DNA from: Syntrophales bacterium
GTDB taxonomy: Bacteria > Desulfobacterota > Syntrophia > Syntrophales > UBA2210
NCBI GenBank assembly: GCA_963662405.2
Contig: CAXXKT010000001.1
Location: 128,001-192,000, forward strand
DNA: 64,000 bases
Reading direction: 5' to 3'
Shown here one piece after another: positions 50,327 to 61,067 of this stretch. A program made the position numbers and the translations under genes. The notes beneath the pieces were generated by a model. That model did no database searches. It was given only the letters and a program-made list of their open reading frames with translations, and was not told where the DNA came from. Positions within the stretch are counted from its first letter, which is position 1. The number at the start of each line of letters is the position of its first letter.

Positions 50327-50710
50327 ATGAATCAGACATTAAAAAATCAGAAGGGTTTTACCTTGATCGAGATCATTGCGGTCCTGATCATCCTGGGTAT
50401 CTTGGCGGCGGTAGCCATTCCGAAGTATATGGATCTGACGTCTGACGCCCAGAAACGGGCCCTGGAAGGGGCGCGGGCCGAGGGCCTGTCGACGGTCAGT
50501 CTCGCCTACGGAAAACTGATGCTCTCGAATAGCGGCACCGCGACGGCCGCTGATATCGTTGCCTATGCAACTGCGAACCCTCCCGCAAGCGATGAATTCA
50601 GCTATACCTTTGCGACCAGCGGATCTAATGTGCTGGTGACGGTGGGCGGCAAGGCAGGATCTGATTTTGCGGGGGCGACTGCTGTCACCAAGACGTGGAA
50701 GAGACCATAA
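50327..50710 (+). CDS. Type IV major pilin-like protein
   Basis: QKG/FTLIEIIAVLIILGILAAVAIPKY; AAGGAGG RBS. Confidence 0.93.
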   Translation: MNQTLKNQKGFTLIEIIAVLIILGILAAVAIPKYMDLTSDAQKRALEGARAEGLSTVSLAYGKLMLSNSGTATAADIVAYATANPPASDEFSYTFATSGSNVLVTVGGKAGSDFAGATAVTKTWKRP

Positions 50711-50837
50711 TCTGCTTACAACACACAATCATCGTTTTCCCGGCCCGGGCAAGTCTCCACCTTGCCTGGGCTTTTTGTGCACCTGTAACCCCCAAAATCC
50801 GGGGTGATGACTGATCGGAGCCGTTTGCACGAACATC

Positions 50838-52919
50838 TTACCGGCATACCGACATCTTGATGCACTCTGTAATAATGGGGATAATGACTTCCGGCTCCGG
50901 TAGGTATACCGGCAGCGATGTCTCTTTCTCGACCCGCTCAATCAGGTCATGCCAGTCCTGTGATCCCTTCAGACAGATGAGCTCCTCGATGGTTCGCGAG
51001 AGGGCGTCGGAGGCGCCACTGATGGCATAGAGTTCGACCAGCGCGAATTTTCCTTCCAGGCTGTCCGGTTTTTTCTCCTCATACCGTTCCCAACAGACCG
51101 TTGCCGGGCGAATCTTTCCTTTGCTAAGAAAAGACTCCCCCAGGACACGGAGGGCACCCGCCAGATCCGGATCGAGCGCCAGGGCATGGCGGGCCTCCTC
51201 AACCGCCTGATCGTACTTCCCCAGCTTGAGCAGGACTACTCCCAGGGTACAGTGAAGAGAGGCGTTTTCCGGCCATGACGAGAGCGCCGCCGTGATCGTA
51301 TTGTGAGCTTCCGAAATATCACCCTTCCGAGTGAGACACGCGGCAAGATCATTGTAGATGGGCCAGTACCCGGGATAGGCCTCCAGGGCGGACCGGAAAA
51401 ATGTCAGTGCCGTGTCATACTCACCCTTGATATACAGATGATGAGCCCCGAGGTTATAGAGGTTCACCCCCCGGTTCGAAAGATTCATCTGCCGGTTCAG
51501 CTTCAGTGCCCGGGAAAACGTCTCATAGGCTTCGTCGTACAGTCCCAGACGCACGTAGGCCGTCCCCAGGTTGTTATAAGAGCGGCTCGATGCGGGGGCC
51601 TTGTGGACATTGTCCGACCAGAGAAGCAGGGGGGACTGAAAGAGCGTGTTCCGAAGGGAAACGGTGTGACCCTGTGCCCAGAGCAGAAACACACACAGCG
51701 CCGCCGTCGTAATCTGGAGCCGTTTCGTATATGAAAAGTAATCCAGGATCCGGACGATGAAGATGGCGACCGGGACAAAAAACAGCATCGACGGTATATA
51801 GTTCCTGTGCTCGTAAATGAGCTCCAGCGGGATGATGGAACCTTCAATGACGTGATTGAGAAAAAAGAAGAGGATACAAAAAGAGATAAGGGGTCTCTTC
51901 CGGGAGAGGTATGCGGCAAGGGTGACGGTACCGGCGATGAGGATAATGGCCGGCAGGGTATCCCAGGGCGACAGGAGCGAGTGCGACAGTTCGATATCGT
52001 GAATCAGCGCCAGCCGGGAACTGACGGGATACAGGAGGAGCGTGACGTACCAGACGATAACCCGTGGTTCCGTGAGAAGCCTCTCGGTCATCGTGAAGGG
52101 ACGATTTTCATACCCGGCCAGAAGCCTTGAAATATCAACATACCACAGACCGACTGCCAGAACGCCCAAAATGACGGGAACGAGGACCATGGCATTCTTT
52201 TTGATATTTTCGCGCGTCACTCCCTGGATCAACAGAAAATCATAAAGCCATATGCTGACCGAGAGCATGACAGCGTTTTCCTTGGCGGCAAAGGAGAGTA
52301 CCGCCGAGAGGACACACAGCCCCCAGAAGCATGTCCGCCTCCACGGTCCGTCGGTCATTCTCCCCTTGAGGTAGAAATAGAGGGCCATGATGTACAGGAG
52401 CCCGGCCAGGCTCGCCATCCGCTGGACGATATAGGTGACAGCAGTTGTCTGCACCGGGCTGGTTGCCCAGAAGACCGTGGCGAGGAGCGCGATACCGTAG
52501 GAGGCGGAATCAGATCGCTCACGGACCATTGGAAGCTTCAACGTATTGTACAGAAAGAGAAAGAGAAAGAGCGATGCCAGGTAATGAATCCCGAAATTGA
52601 CGATGTGATATCCCACGACATCCAAACCGCCGACATAGTAGTTCAGGGCGAAGCTGAGATACGAAAGGGGCCTGCCGATAGAGTCTTTCCCCGGTTCATA
52701 TAGCGTCTTTGCTATGTCGGCCCGGTCAAGGGTCTTCAGAAAGATATTCCTGTTTTCGACGATATTCGGGGTATCGTCGAATTGCCATGCGCCATGAAAG
52801 CTGTTTCCGTAGATGACAATCAGAAAGAGGAAGAGTGTGATACCGACAAAGAGATACCGCCTTCCTTCGGGGAACCGTTCTCCCCAGCGCAGATCGAATC
52901 CGTCGTCTCTCGTGATCAT
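50838..52919 (-). CDS. TMTC-like GT-C membrane glycosyltransferase with C-terminal TPRs
   Basis: FDD..NI..N, RPL...SFALNY, YH.VN..IH, KE, EHR.Y.P, then TPR repeats. Confidence 0.82.
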   Translation of the reverse strand: MITRDDGFDLRWGERFPEGRRYLFVGITLFLFLIVIYGNSFHGAWQFDDTPNIVENRNIFLKTLDRADIAKTLYEPGKDSIGRPLSYLSFALNYYVGGLDVVGYHIVNFGIHYLASLFLFLFLYNTLKLPMVRERSDSASYGIALLATVFWATSPVQTTAVTYIVQRMASLAGLLYIMALYFYLKGRMTDGPWRRTCFWGLCVLSAVLSFAAKENAVMLSVSIWLYDFLLIQGVTRENIKKNAMVLVPVILGVLAVGLWYVDISRLLAGYENRPFTMTERLLTEPRVIVWYVTLLLYPVSSRLALIHDIELSHSLLSPWDTLPAIILIAGTVTLAAYLSRKRPLISFCILFFFLNHVIEGSIIPLELIYEHRNYIPSMLFFVPVAIFIVRILDYFSYTKRLQITTAALCVFLLWAQGHTVSLRNTLFQSPLLLWSDNVHKAPASSRSYNNLGTAYVRLGLYDEAYETFSRALKLNRQMNLSNRGVNLYNLGAHHLYIKGEYDTALTFFRSALEAYPGYWPIYNDLAACLTRKGDISEAHNTITAALSSWPENASLHCTLGVVLLKLGKYDQAVEEARHALALDPDLAGALRVLGESFLSKGKIRPATVCWERYEEKKPDSLEGKFALVELYAISGASDALSRTIEELICLKGSQDWHDLIERVEKETSLPVYLPEPEVIIPIITECIKMSVCR

Positions 52920-53845
52920 CTCCTGCTCCCCGTCAGTTCCCGTGTAAGAAGAAGGCTGAAGACCGGCCCCAGGACAAAAATGGGGATCAGCGAGGCCGCC
53001 CTGATGAGGAGTGACGCCATGAAACCCATCCCGGCACCCATCCCCAGGAATTCCGAGGCGAGCGTGGCAATGGCCTCCGAGATACCGAGGTTCCCCGGCG
53101 TGACCCGGATAAAGATGGAAAAACTGAAAAATATACTGATCACGAAAGGTAGGCCGAACGACACGGGACCGCCGGAGAGCGCATTGAACGCCAACCAGAA
53201 CGCGATCCCGTTCAGGAGGACCGTGGCGGATGTACACAGGGCAAGTCTTGTCAAGATCGCCGGGTCCTTTCGTATCAGGAGCCATCCTTCAACAGCGCTG
53301 TTGAGAAAAGCGATCGCGGGGTGTTCTCCGGGAACCCTGACGGCGGGCATCACCCCACAGAATGAAAAAATCAGTACCATCGCCACAAAGAACAGGATCA
53401 ATTCCTTCGAGTACGCCGCCTCCTCCGCCAGGAGCACAACTCCGGCAATCCCCGCAATCCCGGAGATCCACCAGTAGATCAGGTAGCTGGCCCCGAGGAC
53501 CGATACAAATTTCGCATAGGGGAAAGAATGCCGATACTTCAAATAGGATGCCCGGGCGAACATCCCACCGGCAAAGGGGGTAATGTAGTTTCCCATGGCG
53601 GTGACGAAGGGGAGTCCGAACCACTCTTTCGCCCTCAGCACAACACCGAACTTGGACGCGACCACCCGCAGCAGGAGACCGTTAAAGGCGTGAAAAAGGA
53701 GTAGAACCGCGATCAGTTCCGCTGTCGTGATCAGGTTGATATGCTCGAGGTAGCCGAACAGATGACGCTGGGATACGAGGGAAGCCGCGATGGCAACGAC
53801 CGAAACCACCGTCGCGCATATTATCCATATGTGTCTTTTCCCCAT
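52916..53845 (-). CDS. UPF0104 / LPG-synthase TM-domain flippase-like protein
   Basis: NYITPFAGG..AR, TPGNLGISEA; polytopic. Confidence 0.82.
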   Translation of the reverse strand: MGKRHIWIICATVVSVVAIAASLVSQRHLFGYLEHINLITTAELIAVLLLFHAFNGLLLRVVASKFGVVLRAKEWFGLPFVTAMGNYITPFAGGMFARASYLKYRHSFPYAKFVSVLGASYLIYWWISGIAGIAGVVLLAEEAAYSKELILFFVAMVLIFSFCGVMPAVRVPGEHPAIAFLNSAVEGWLLIRKDPAILTRLALCTSATVLLNGIAFWLAFNALSGGPVSFGLPFVISIFFSFSIFIRVTPGNLGISEAIATLASEFLGMGAGMGFMASLLIRAASLIPIFVLGPVFSLLLTRELTGSRR

Positions 53846-53991
53846 TGTATCGCGAACCCCGTGTTACCGAACCATTATCCGTCTTTTTGGAAAGTGATAC
53901 CTCTTCAGTTTTCGATGCTACTCTGTGCCCGTCTTCCCTGCCAATCATATTCGGCAGAGCCCTTGCTCACCATATCGTGCCCGTTTTGTAT

Positions 53992-55074
53992 TCAGGCATA
54001 CCGTCTCAGGTATGCCACTATACTGTCAGAAGGTGAAACAGCGCTCCTTATCGGACCTATCCGATATCGACCGGAGTGCCTGATAAAATCTACGGTTCTG
54101 TTTTTATCATAATTGCTTATAACGACATTTCCCTTCATCCCTTCGGTCCGTTCCGTCACCCGCCGCAACAAGAGACAGGGTTTCCCCAGGTAATAGCTCT
54201 CTTCCTGATTGCTTCCCCCGTCAGTGACCAGGCATGTCGACCGGTTGAGGAGGTGAATAAAGGTAAAATAGTCGTAGCGGGGGTGAAGCTCGATGGAGGG
54301 ATTGGTTTCCAGACGTTTTCTCAGATTGAAGCGGGCAAGCGCTCGATCGGTAACCGGATGGAGGATAAAGACAACCCGGATATACCGGGCAACCGTCTCG
54401 ATCAGAGACAGTGTCTGTTCAAAGGAGGAACGTGAGCACAGATTCTCGAAACGGTGAACACTGGCAATGCAATACGTTCTGTCGGGAATGCTCATCCTGG
54501 TTGTTTTCTCCTGCAGGGCGCGGTTCAGAGCGTCAAGCAGTGTATTGTGTTCGGTATTGATTTTGATACCCTTTTGTTTTTTCAGATTATGTACAGCCCA
54601 CTGCCCCGGACAGAAGTAGATGGCGGACAGGCGGAAGGTTATGCGCCGGATCAGCTCTTCAGGAAAAGGATTCCACAGGTCAAAGGAGCTCAGGCCAGCC
54701 TCTACATGCGCAACCGGAATGCGCGCGATTCGCCCCATCACCCCCCCTACAAGCGTGGAAAAGGTGTCACCGTGAACGAGGATAATTGAATCCCTCCCCC
54801 GGCCCCTCTGGAACAGGCCGGTTCTCCGGGAAAAGGTCTTCAATGACAGTTTCACGATCCACACCAGCATGGAAGGGATGGATGTGATCTCTCTGCCGGA
54901 ATGCAGGATGAAATCCGGTGATTTAATAGCAAAGTTTTCGCGCAGGTCATCCATGGTTTCCCGGTGCTGACCTGTCAGGATGAAGGTGTACGGAATGTTC
55001 TCCTCTTGGAGCCGGAGCATCACCGGTGCCATCTTGATCAACTGAGCCTTTGTTCCAATTATGATATGTATCAT
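53992..55074 (-). CDS. UDP-N-acetylglucosamine 2-epimerase (WecB-like)
   Basis: TGQH, VHGDT, HVEAGL, FPEE, TDGG..QEE. Confidence 0.9.
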   Translation of the reverse strand: MIHIIIGTKAQLIKMAPVMLRLQEENIPYTFILTGQHRETMDDLRENFAIKSPDFILHSGREITSIPSMLVWIVKLSLKTFSRRTGLFQRGRGRDSIILVHGDTFSTLVGGVMGRIARIPVAHVEAGLSSFDLWNPFPEELIRRITFRLSAIYFCPGQWAVHNLKKQKGIKINTEHNTLLDALNRALQEKTTRMSIPDRTYCIASVHRFENLCSRSSFEQTLSLIETVARYIRVVFILHPVTDRALARFNLRKRLETNPSIELHPRYDYFTFIHLLNRSTCLVTDGGSNQEESYYLGKPCLLLRRVTERTEGMKGNVVISNYDKNRTVDFIRHSGRYRIGPIRSAVSPSDSIVAYLRRYA

Positions 55075-55123
55075 TGCCACAGTGGTCTTGTGAAAGTCAC
55101 ACAGAAGGAGTCCCGCATACCGA

Positions 55124-56047
55124 TCAGACGATATCTTTTTCCCCCGCATTATTGTCCCGGGAACGGCATTCTTCACCGGAAGCCTTCGCCCCATCGAACC
55201 GGAGCTGCGCTACCTGTTCCGACACGAGTCCCACCATGAAGACCACCACCGAAACCGTCATCAGCATCGCCGAGGTCGGCCCGTACCGTTCCCCGAGGCA
55301 GAAGATCTTGAAGAGGCCGTACCCCAGCCCCGTGAGGAACATGATACCACTGACGGGGAGGAAAACCCGCATAGGCGAAAAGAGGGTCGCCACCTTGACG
55401 ATGATCAGGAAAAAACGCGAGCCGTCCCGCAGGGGACGGATCTTACTGGTTCCCACGCGGCGGTGGGTCGTCACCGGGACGTAGACGAGGCTGTAACCGG
55501 AACGGACCACCGCCATCGTGATGGTCGTCGGGTAGGAAAAGGTGTTGGGGAGAAGGGATACAAACTGGCGAGCTATATCGGTTTTGATTACCCTGAATCC
55601 CGATGTCAGGTCTTCGATCCTGCGGCGACACATGTACGTGGCGAACCGGCTGTACAACCGGTTCGCTGTCCTGCGCAGGACGGATTGCCTCGAGTCGTTC
55701 CTCCGGGCTCCGACTGCCATGTCATAGGTATCCATCATCTCCACGAGGCGGGGGATATCACCCGGCTCATGCTGCCCATCTCCGTCGAGCGTCACGAGGA
55801 TATCACCCCGGGCGTTCCTGATCCCGGTCTTGACCGCCGCTCCGTTGCCGATGTTATACGGATGAGACAGCACGTGTGCCCCTGCCCGTCTCGCCTCCGT
55901 GGCCGTTTCGTCATCCGATCCGTCATCGATCACCAGTATCTCGCAGCTGCGGCCCATCGTATCCATGACCCGGCGTGTCTCCTCGATAATACCGAAGATC
56001 GCCCTTCCTTCGCGATACGCGGGAATGATGATTGTTATCTCGGGCAT
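55124..56047 (-). CDS. Glycosyltransferase family 2 (polyprenol-phosphate glycosyltransferase-like)
   Basis: IIIPAY.E, IDDGS.D, DGDGQH, D.TSGFR, two C-terminal TM helices. Confidence 0.92.
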   Translation of the reverse strand: MPEITIIIPAYREGRAIFGIIEETRRVMDTMGRSCEILVIDDGSDDETATEARRAGAHVLSHPYNIGNGAAVKTGIRNARGDILVTLDGDGQHEPGDIPRLVEMMDTYDMAVGARRNDSRQSVLRRTANRLYSRFATYMCRRRIEDLTSGFRVIKTDIARQFVSLLPNTFSYPTTITMAVVRSGYSLVYVPVTTHRRVGTSKIRPLRDGSRFFLIIVKVATLFSPMRVFLPVSGIMFLTGLGYGLFKIFCLGERYGPTSAMLMTVSVVVFMVGLVSEQVAQLRFDGAKASGEECRSRDNNAGEKDIV

Positions 56048-56302
56048 GGCATGGGTCTCGCTTTCGTTCGGTCCCCTCTCGGTGGAAACACCCCGTATAG
56101 ATATACTTTCCGACGTACTATTTGCAAGAAGATTCTGTGAAACACATTGACATTTCAACATTATATCCATATAACAACGAGGAAGGACGGCGTTGTCGCG
56201 AGTTCCGGCCGGTGCCCGGCATCAACGAGGTCAATACGATATTGCCCCCGAGGGATACCGGGGTGTGTCGGGGAGGAACGGCACGCACGAAAGGTCTTCA
56301 GG

Positions 56303-56800
56303 ATGGAAACCGCCCTCAGCTCAAGACCGAGAAGTGACCACGGCTTCACCATGGTGGAAGTGATCACCGTTCTCATCATCGTCGGTATCGTGGTCGCAAT
56401 CGCCGTGGTCGGGTTTCTATCAACGGATACCCACGCCACGAAATCACAGTTCGAAATGGTCAAGGCCCACCTCCGCTATGCCCAGGCGCGCGCGATGCAC
56501 TCCAATTCCGCGTGGGGTGTCAACTTCTCCGGCACGCGGAGTTATGACGGCAGGACATACAGCAACTACTGGCTCTATAAAAACGAAGATACCACGACCC
56601 CGGTTCGATTCCAGGTCGAGGATGATTCACGGTATATTGTGGTATTCAGTGACGGTTCCGTCGGGGTCTGGCCGCTTACCATCGGAACAGCGGCGACGGT
56701 CGAGTTCAATAAGTGGGGAAGCCCGGGCTCCAGCACGATCACGATCACGACAAACGCCGGCAATATCGTCATTACCCGGAATACCGGCTATATCGATTGA
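56303..56800 (+). CDS. Minor pilin/pseudopilin (FimT/GspH-like)
   Basis: G/FTMVEVITVLII; F...GSP. Confidence 0.85.
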   Translation: METALSSRPRSDHGFTMVEVITVLIIVGIVVAIAVVGFLSTDTHATKSQFEMVKAHLRYAQARAMHSNSAWGVNFSGTRSYDGRTYSNYWLYKNEDTTTPVRFQVEDDSRYIVVFSDGSVGVWPLTIGTAATVEFNKWGSPGSSTITITTNAGNIVITRNTGYID

Positions 56801-56829
56801 AAACACAGATCCGTGATATGGTGTCTGCT

Positions 56830-58014
56830 ATGGGGAAACGATCCAGGCTGAAAAAAACAGGCAAGAGAACCGCCCATTCCCGCATCCGTGATCAGGGGGG
56901 AAGCATTCTCCTGGCCCTCATTATTACCATGGTCATTCTGTCGGTCCTGGCGGCCGCGCTCCTCCCCACCCTGTTCACTTCACAGATGGGACAGGTATCC
57001 GCAGGCGGGGCGATGAAGGCATACTATCTCGCCGAGGCGGGGGGAAGGTACATACTCCCGAGACTGAATGTATTTACGAGCGGAGAATACACCTTTAAAT
57101 TCAGCGGCGGCGACACGTTCTTCATAATAAATAAAATCTCCGCTACGGAGTTTACATCCACGGGTGTTGTCTTCGAGGGTACCGATCTCGAATCGCGTGT
57201 GGCGATTACCTATAAACTGTCGGGCGGTCTCTTCGATTACGGCGTGTTCGGCGGTGAAGAGGTCACGTTTCGCGGTCTCGTTTCCGTCAATGGTAAGATA
57301 GGAACGAACGGGTCCTCGATCAATCCAAACTTTTTTCCGGGAGAAACATTAGTGGGGAAAGACATGACACCGAAATCCCTCCCTTCCGGTGTGGATCGTG
57401 ACGTTGCGGAGAGTGAATGGGAGGATATCGACCAGATCACTGATTCAATCACTTTGGAAGATGGACATCAGTATTTCGCAGATGAAATAAGCCTTTCAGG
57501 ATCCGGTCCTTCCGCACAGGTTCTCACGATAAGCGGGGATGTCGACCTCTGGGTCGATGGACCAATAAGCTTCTCAGGCAATGCTAGGTTGAGAATTGAA
57601 GAGGGGGCTTCACTGAACCTCTATGCCGCGGGATCAACAAACTTTTCTGACTGGGCTCAAGTGCGTTTCGAAGAGGGGGCTTCGCTGACCCTCTATGCCA
57701 TGGAGGACGTTAGTTTTTCAGATCAGTCGGGCACGAATTACTTAATCCCAACGGTACCTGCGGATCATTTTATTGTATATGGGATTCCCGGTTGTAATAA
57801 CATCACTTTTTCCGACTGGTGCGACATTTCCATCGGCGTCTACGCGCCGGATGCCGATATTACCATAAGCGATTTCGTCCATGTTCGTGGGTCGCTCGTC
57901 GGAGAGACGTTTACCATGACCGACTTGGCACACCTGACGTACGATGAGTCTTTACAGAGTATCGGCGACAGCGGTACCAGCACGAGCGTTGTGCAGTATT
58001 TTACGCCGGATTAG
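56830..58014 (+). CDS. PilX-like minor pilin with beta-helical C-terminus
   Basis: GGSILLALIITM...AYYLAEAG; YAPDA.I...GSLVG. Confidence 0.78.
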   Translation: MGKRSRLKKTGKRTAHSRIRDQGGSILLALIITMVILSVLAAALLPTLFTSQMGQVSAGGAMKAYYLAEAGGRYILPRLNVFTSGEYTFKFSGGDTFFIINKISATEFTSTGVVFEGTDLESRVAITYKLSGGLFDYGVFGGEEVTFRGLVSVNGKIGTNGSSINPNFFPGETLVGKDMTPKSLPSGVDRDVAESEWEDIDQITDSITLEDGHQYFADEISLSGSGPSAQVLTISGDVDLWVDGPISFSGNARLRIEEGASLNLYAAGSTNFSDWAQVRFEEGASLTLYAMEDVSFSDQSGTNYLIPTVPADHFIVYGIPGCNNITFSDWCDISIGVYAPDADITISDFVHVRGSLVGETFTMTDLAHLTYDESLQSIGDSGTSTSVVQYFTPD

Positions 58015-58048
58015 ATTTACCCGGGCAGGCAATCATCAGGGGAAAGAT

Positions 58049-58480
58049 ATGGTCTCACATTTTAATCAGAAAGGGTTTTCCCTGATCGAGGTTATCGTCA
58101 CCCTCGTCCTGGTAGCCATCGTGGGGGCCATGGTGGTGTCCTTTATGGGGTCAACAACGAGGCAGACCGGGAAGACCCTGGCATGGTTGAGCGATGAATT
58201 CGAGCTGTCTCACGTGATGGAACAAATCGTTGCCGACTACCGGGAGGAACTGAACAGCACCCCCCCGAACTGGGCAACTTTTTTCGGCAGCAGGGACACC
58301 GTGGGCGAGATCAACACCCGGTATGGGGCCGACATTGATGACGTGAATGTAGAGCCAACCGCTTTTCAGGCCGATCCCTCTCCCTCTACCGATTACACGG
58401 AGAACGGGGCCGACAGCTCCGTACAGAAAGTTACATTAAAAAAGGGAAAACAGACACTGATCACCCTCTTTACTGAATAG
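58049..58480 (+). CDS. Minor pilin/pseudopilin
   Basis: QKG/FSLIEVIVTL. Confidence 0.87.
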   Translation: MVSHFNQKGFSLIEVIVTLVLVAIVGAMVVSFMGSTTRQTGKTLAWLSDEFELSHVMEQIVADYREELNSTPPNWATFFGSRDTVGEINTRYGADIDDVNVEPTAFQADPSPSTDYTENGADSSVQKVTLKKGKQTLITLFTE

Positions 58481-58497
58481 TCATGCGATAAGGGAAG

Positions 58498-59646
58498 ATG
58501 AAGAAGGAAGCGGGCTTCACACTGATTGAAATCATTATGGTGCTGATCCTGACGGGGATGCTGGTTGCCGCCGCGGGAATCGGCATCATGAGGGGGATCG
58601 ACGGCTATATCCTCTCAAAGGAGTCGTCCCACCTGAGTCAGAAGGCCCAGCTGGCCATGGAACGGATGCGGCGGGAAATGGTCCAGATCCGGGGCATATC
58701 ATCCGCGACCGCTTCTTCCATCGAGTTTACGACACCGGACGGGGCGGCCTCCGCGGGGAGTCGGGGAATCGGCCTTTCCGGGAACGAACTCAAAATTTCC
58801 GTCGGATCGACGAACTGGTCCGGCGGCGACATACTGATCAATGGCGTGAGCAGCCTGACATTGACCTATTACAAGGAAGACGGTTCGTCATGGACGACGG
58901 CAAGCACTATCCGTGAACTGGCCACGATACGAATGGATCTCGTTCTTGATCATTCTATCGAGGGGGCAACACCCCTCCGGGTCACCACCTACGTCAACCC
59001 GCGGAACACCGGGAACCCCCTGGCTCCCGAGGCAGACGGGTCGGGAGGAGCCCCAACCCCGACGACGACCACCACGACAACGACTACCACAACAACCACG
59101 ACGACTACGACGACTACGACCACCACCACGACAACGACTACCACTACTACGACTACTACAACAACTACGACGACCACCACGCTTCCCACGCCCCGATTCT
59201 GGGAATACAGTTGTGACACGACCGATTACGCGACCGTCGCGGCGGGGAATGTGTCGTCAACCCGCGAGCTAAACAGTGCCTCCCTGTATTCCGTACATGT
59301 GGACACGAGTTCTTCCAGATCGGGGACTTCCGGCCCGAACAACTGGGAATTCAACTATATGTACGACTATGCCTGGCTGTATATCGACCGACCGACACGG
59401 GTCCGGTTTCACCTCGATGCCGACAACTGGGGACATGGCAAAAGGATCGCTGTGTACGCGAATGGTGATCTCCTGGACATTTTTACCGGGGACAGAAACA
59501 CGCGATCATACGACGGTTGGAACTGCGATACGGGGTACTTTACCGAATACAATGACGAGGACAACGTGAAGATCGAACTGAGACGGATCTGGTCCAGTGA
59601 CGGTGAACTGCATATCGATGACGTCCATATAGACTGTGACGACTGA
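58498..59646 (+). CDS. Minor pilin (PilW/GspJ-like) with 40-Thr linker and C-terminal beta-rich domain
   Basis: AG/FTLIEIIMV; ACN x40 at 59062-59181. Confidence 0.87.
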   Translation: MKKEAGFTLIEIIMVLILTGMLVAAAGIGIMRGIDGYILSKESSHLSQKAQLAMERMRREMVQIRGISSATASSIEFTTPDGAASAGSRGIGLSGNELKISVGSTNWSGGDILINGVSSLTLTYYKEDGSSWTTASTIRELATIRMDLVLDHSIEGATPLRVTTYVNPRNTGNPLAPEADGSGGAPTPTTTTTTTTTTTTTTTTTTTTTTTTTTTTTTTTTTTTTTTTLPTPRFWEYSCDTTDYATVAAGNVSSTRELNSASLYSVHVDTSSSRSGTSGPNNWEFNYMYDYAWLYIDRPTRVRFHLDADNWGHGKRIAVYANGDLLDIFTGDRNTRSYDGWNCDTGYFTEYNDEDNVKIELRRIWSSDGELHIDDVHIDCDD

Positions 59647-59696
59647 TCCCCTTACGTCAAAGAGGAACGGCACTCCCACCGATGGTGAAAAGGATT

Positions 59697-61022
59697 CTAC
59701 GATTTCACGCTATCTTTCACCCGCTCGGCTATCTTTCGCACCCGATCCATCGCCTCGTCCATATCGATCGTGAGGAGCCGGCGGTCTTCCATGACCGTCT
59801 TCCCGTCTATGATCACCGTCTTGACGTCCGATCCGCTCATGGTGTAGGCGATGTGGGAATATTCGTCATAAAGCGGCGTCAGGTGGGGCTTGTTCAGATC
59901 GATGATAATGATATCCGCCCGCATCCCCTCTTTCAGTGACCCCACCATGTCCCCCATCCCCAACACACGGGCGCCGTCCCGCGTCGCCATCCGCGTCACC
60001 GTCTTCGCGGACATCACCGTGGGATCGAGACGTGCCACCTTTTCAAGCCTCGCTGCCGTGGCCATCTCTCCGAACATGTCGAGATCGTTGTTGCTGGCGC
60101 AGCCGTCGGTCCCCAGACCGACAATAATACCGTGCTCCATCATCCTCGTTACCGGGGCCACTCCCGAGGCCAGCTTCATGTTGCTTTCGGGGTTGTGAAC
60201 GACCTTGCAGCCGTGGTCGGCAAAGATCCGTATGTCCTCATCATCCATGCAGACGCAGTGAAAGGCAAAAAATCGCTCGTCGAGACACCCCAGATCCTTC
60301 AAAAAGGAAACCGCCCCCATCCCGAACCGTTCCTCCAATTGCTGTTTTTCACCCCGGTTTTCGAGGAGGTGAATCGCGAAGGGGATCGCGTACTCATCGG
60401 CCAGGGCCTTCGCCTCCTTGATAACGGAGGGGGAACAGGTGTACAGTGTGTGGGGTTCGACCATGATGTTCACGAGAGGATTCCCCGCCCACTTTTTAAT
60501 CAGCATCCGCGTATACGCCAACCCCTCAGCGGGGGTCTTGGAATTGGGTGAAGGGAAATCGAAGAGCCCCTCCCCGAGGAGGCAGCGCATCCCCGCCCGG
60601 CGGGCGGCCTGGGCGGTCTCGTCCTCGAACATATACATGTCGCAGAAGGTCGTCGTTCCCGATCGGATCATCTCGGCGCAGGCGAGCAGGCTCCCCCAGT
60701 AGGCCAGTTCGGGATCGACATTCCGCGCCTCCGCGGGAAAGATATAGTTATTCAGCCAGTCCATCAATTCCATGTCATCCGCCAGCCCGCGGAAACAGGT
60801 CATCGCCGCGTGCGTATGGGCATTGATCAGACCGGGCATGACCAGACAGTCGCGGGCGTTGATGATCCTGCTCCCTGAATAGCGCCCCTCTATCTCTTCA
60901 GTGGTCCCGACTGCGACGATTGTGTTTCCATTGATGGCAAGAGAAGCGTCACGAATAATAGTGTCCGCTTCGTTCGATGTGAGAATCCGCCCCCCCGATA
61001 TAACGATGTCAACTTCCCGCAT
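59697..61022 (-). CDS. mtaD: 5'-methylthioadenosine/S-adenosylhomocysteine deaminase family amidohydrolase, copy 2
   Basis: PGLINAHTH, HLLE, HNPESNMKLASG, GTDG.ASNN. Confidence 0.85.
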   Translation of the reverse strand: MREVDIVISGGRILTSNEADTIIRDASLAINGNTIVAVGTTEEIEGRYSGSRIINARDCLVMPGLINAHTHAAMTCFRGLADDMELMDWLNNYIFPAEARNVDPELAYWGSLLACAEMIRSGTTTFCDMYMFEDETAQAARRAGMRCLLGEGLFDFPSPNSKTPAEGLAYTRMLIKKWAGNPLVNIMVEPHTLYTCSPSVIKEAKALADEYAIPFAIHLLENRGEKQQLEERFGMGAVSFLKDLGCLDERFFAFHCVCMDDEDIRIFADHGCKVVHNPESNMKLASGVAPVTRMMEHGIIVGLGTDGCASNNDLDMFGEMATAARLEKVARLDPTVMSAKTVTRMATRDGARVLGMGDMVGSLKEGMRADIIIIDLNKPHLTPLYDEYSHIAYTMSGSDVKTVIIDGKTVMEDRRLLTIDMDEAMDRVRKIAERVKDSVKS

Positions 61023-61067
61023 CTTGATTTCGTCCTCTTGTCCTTGTAAGCAGACATTTCCGGAGCA

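Noticed and set aside
58989..59219. Poly-valine ORF
   Set aside because: Reverse complement of the poly-Thr codons.
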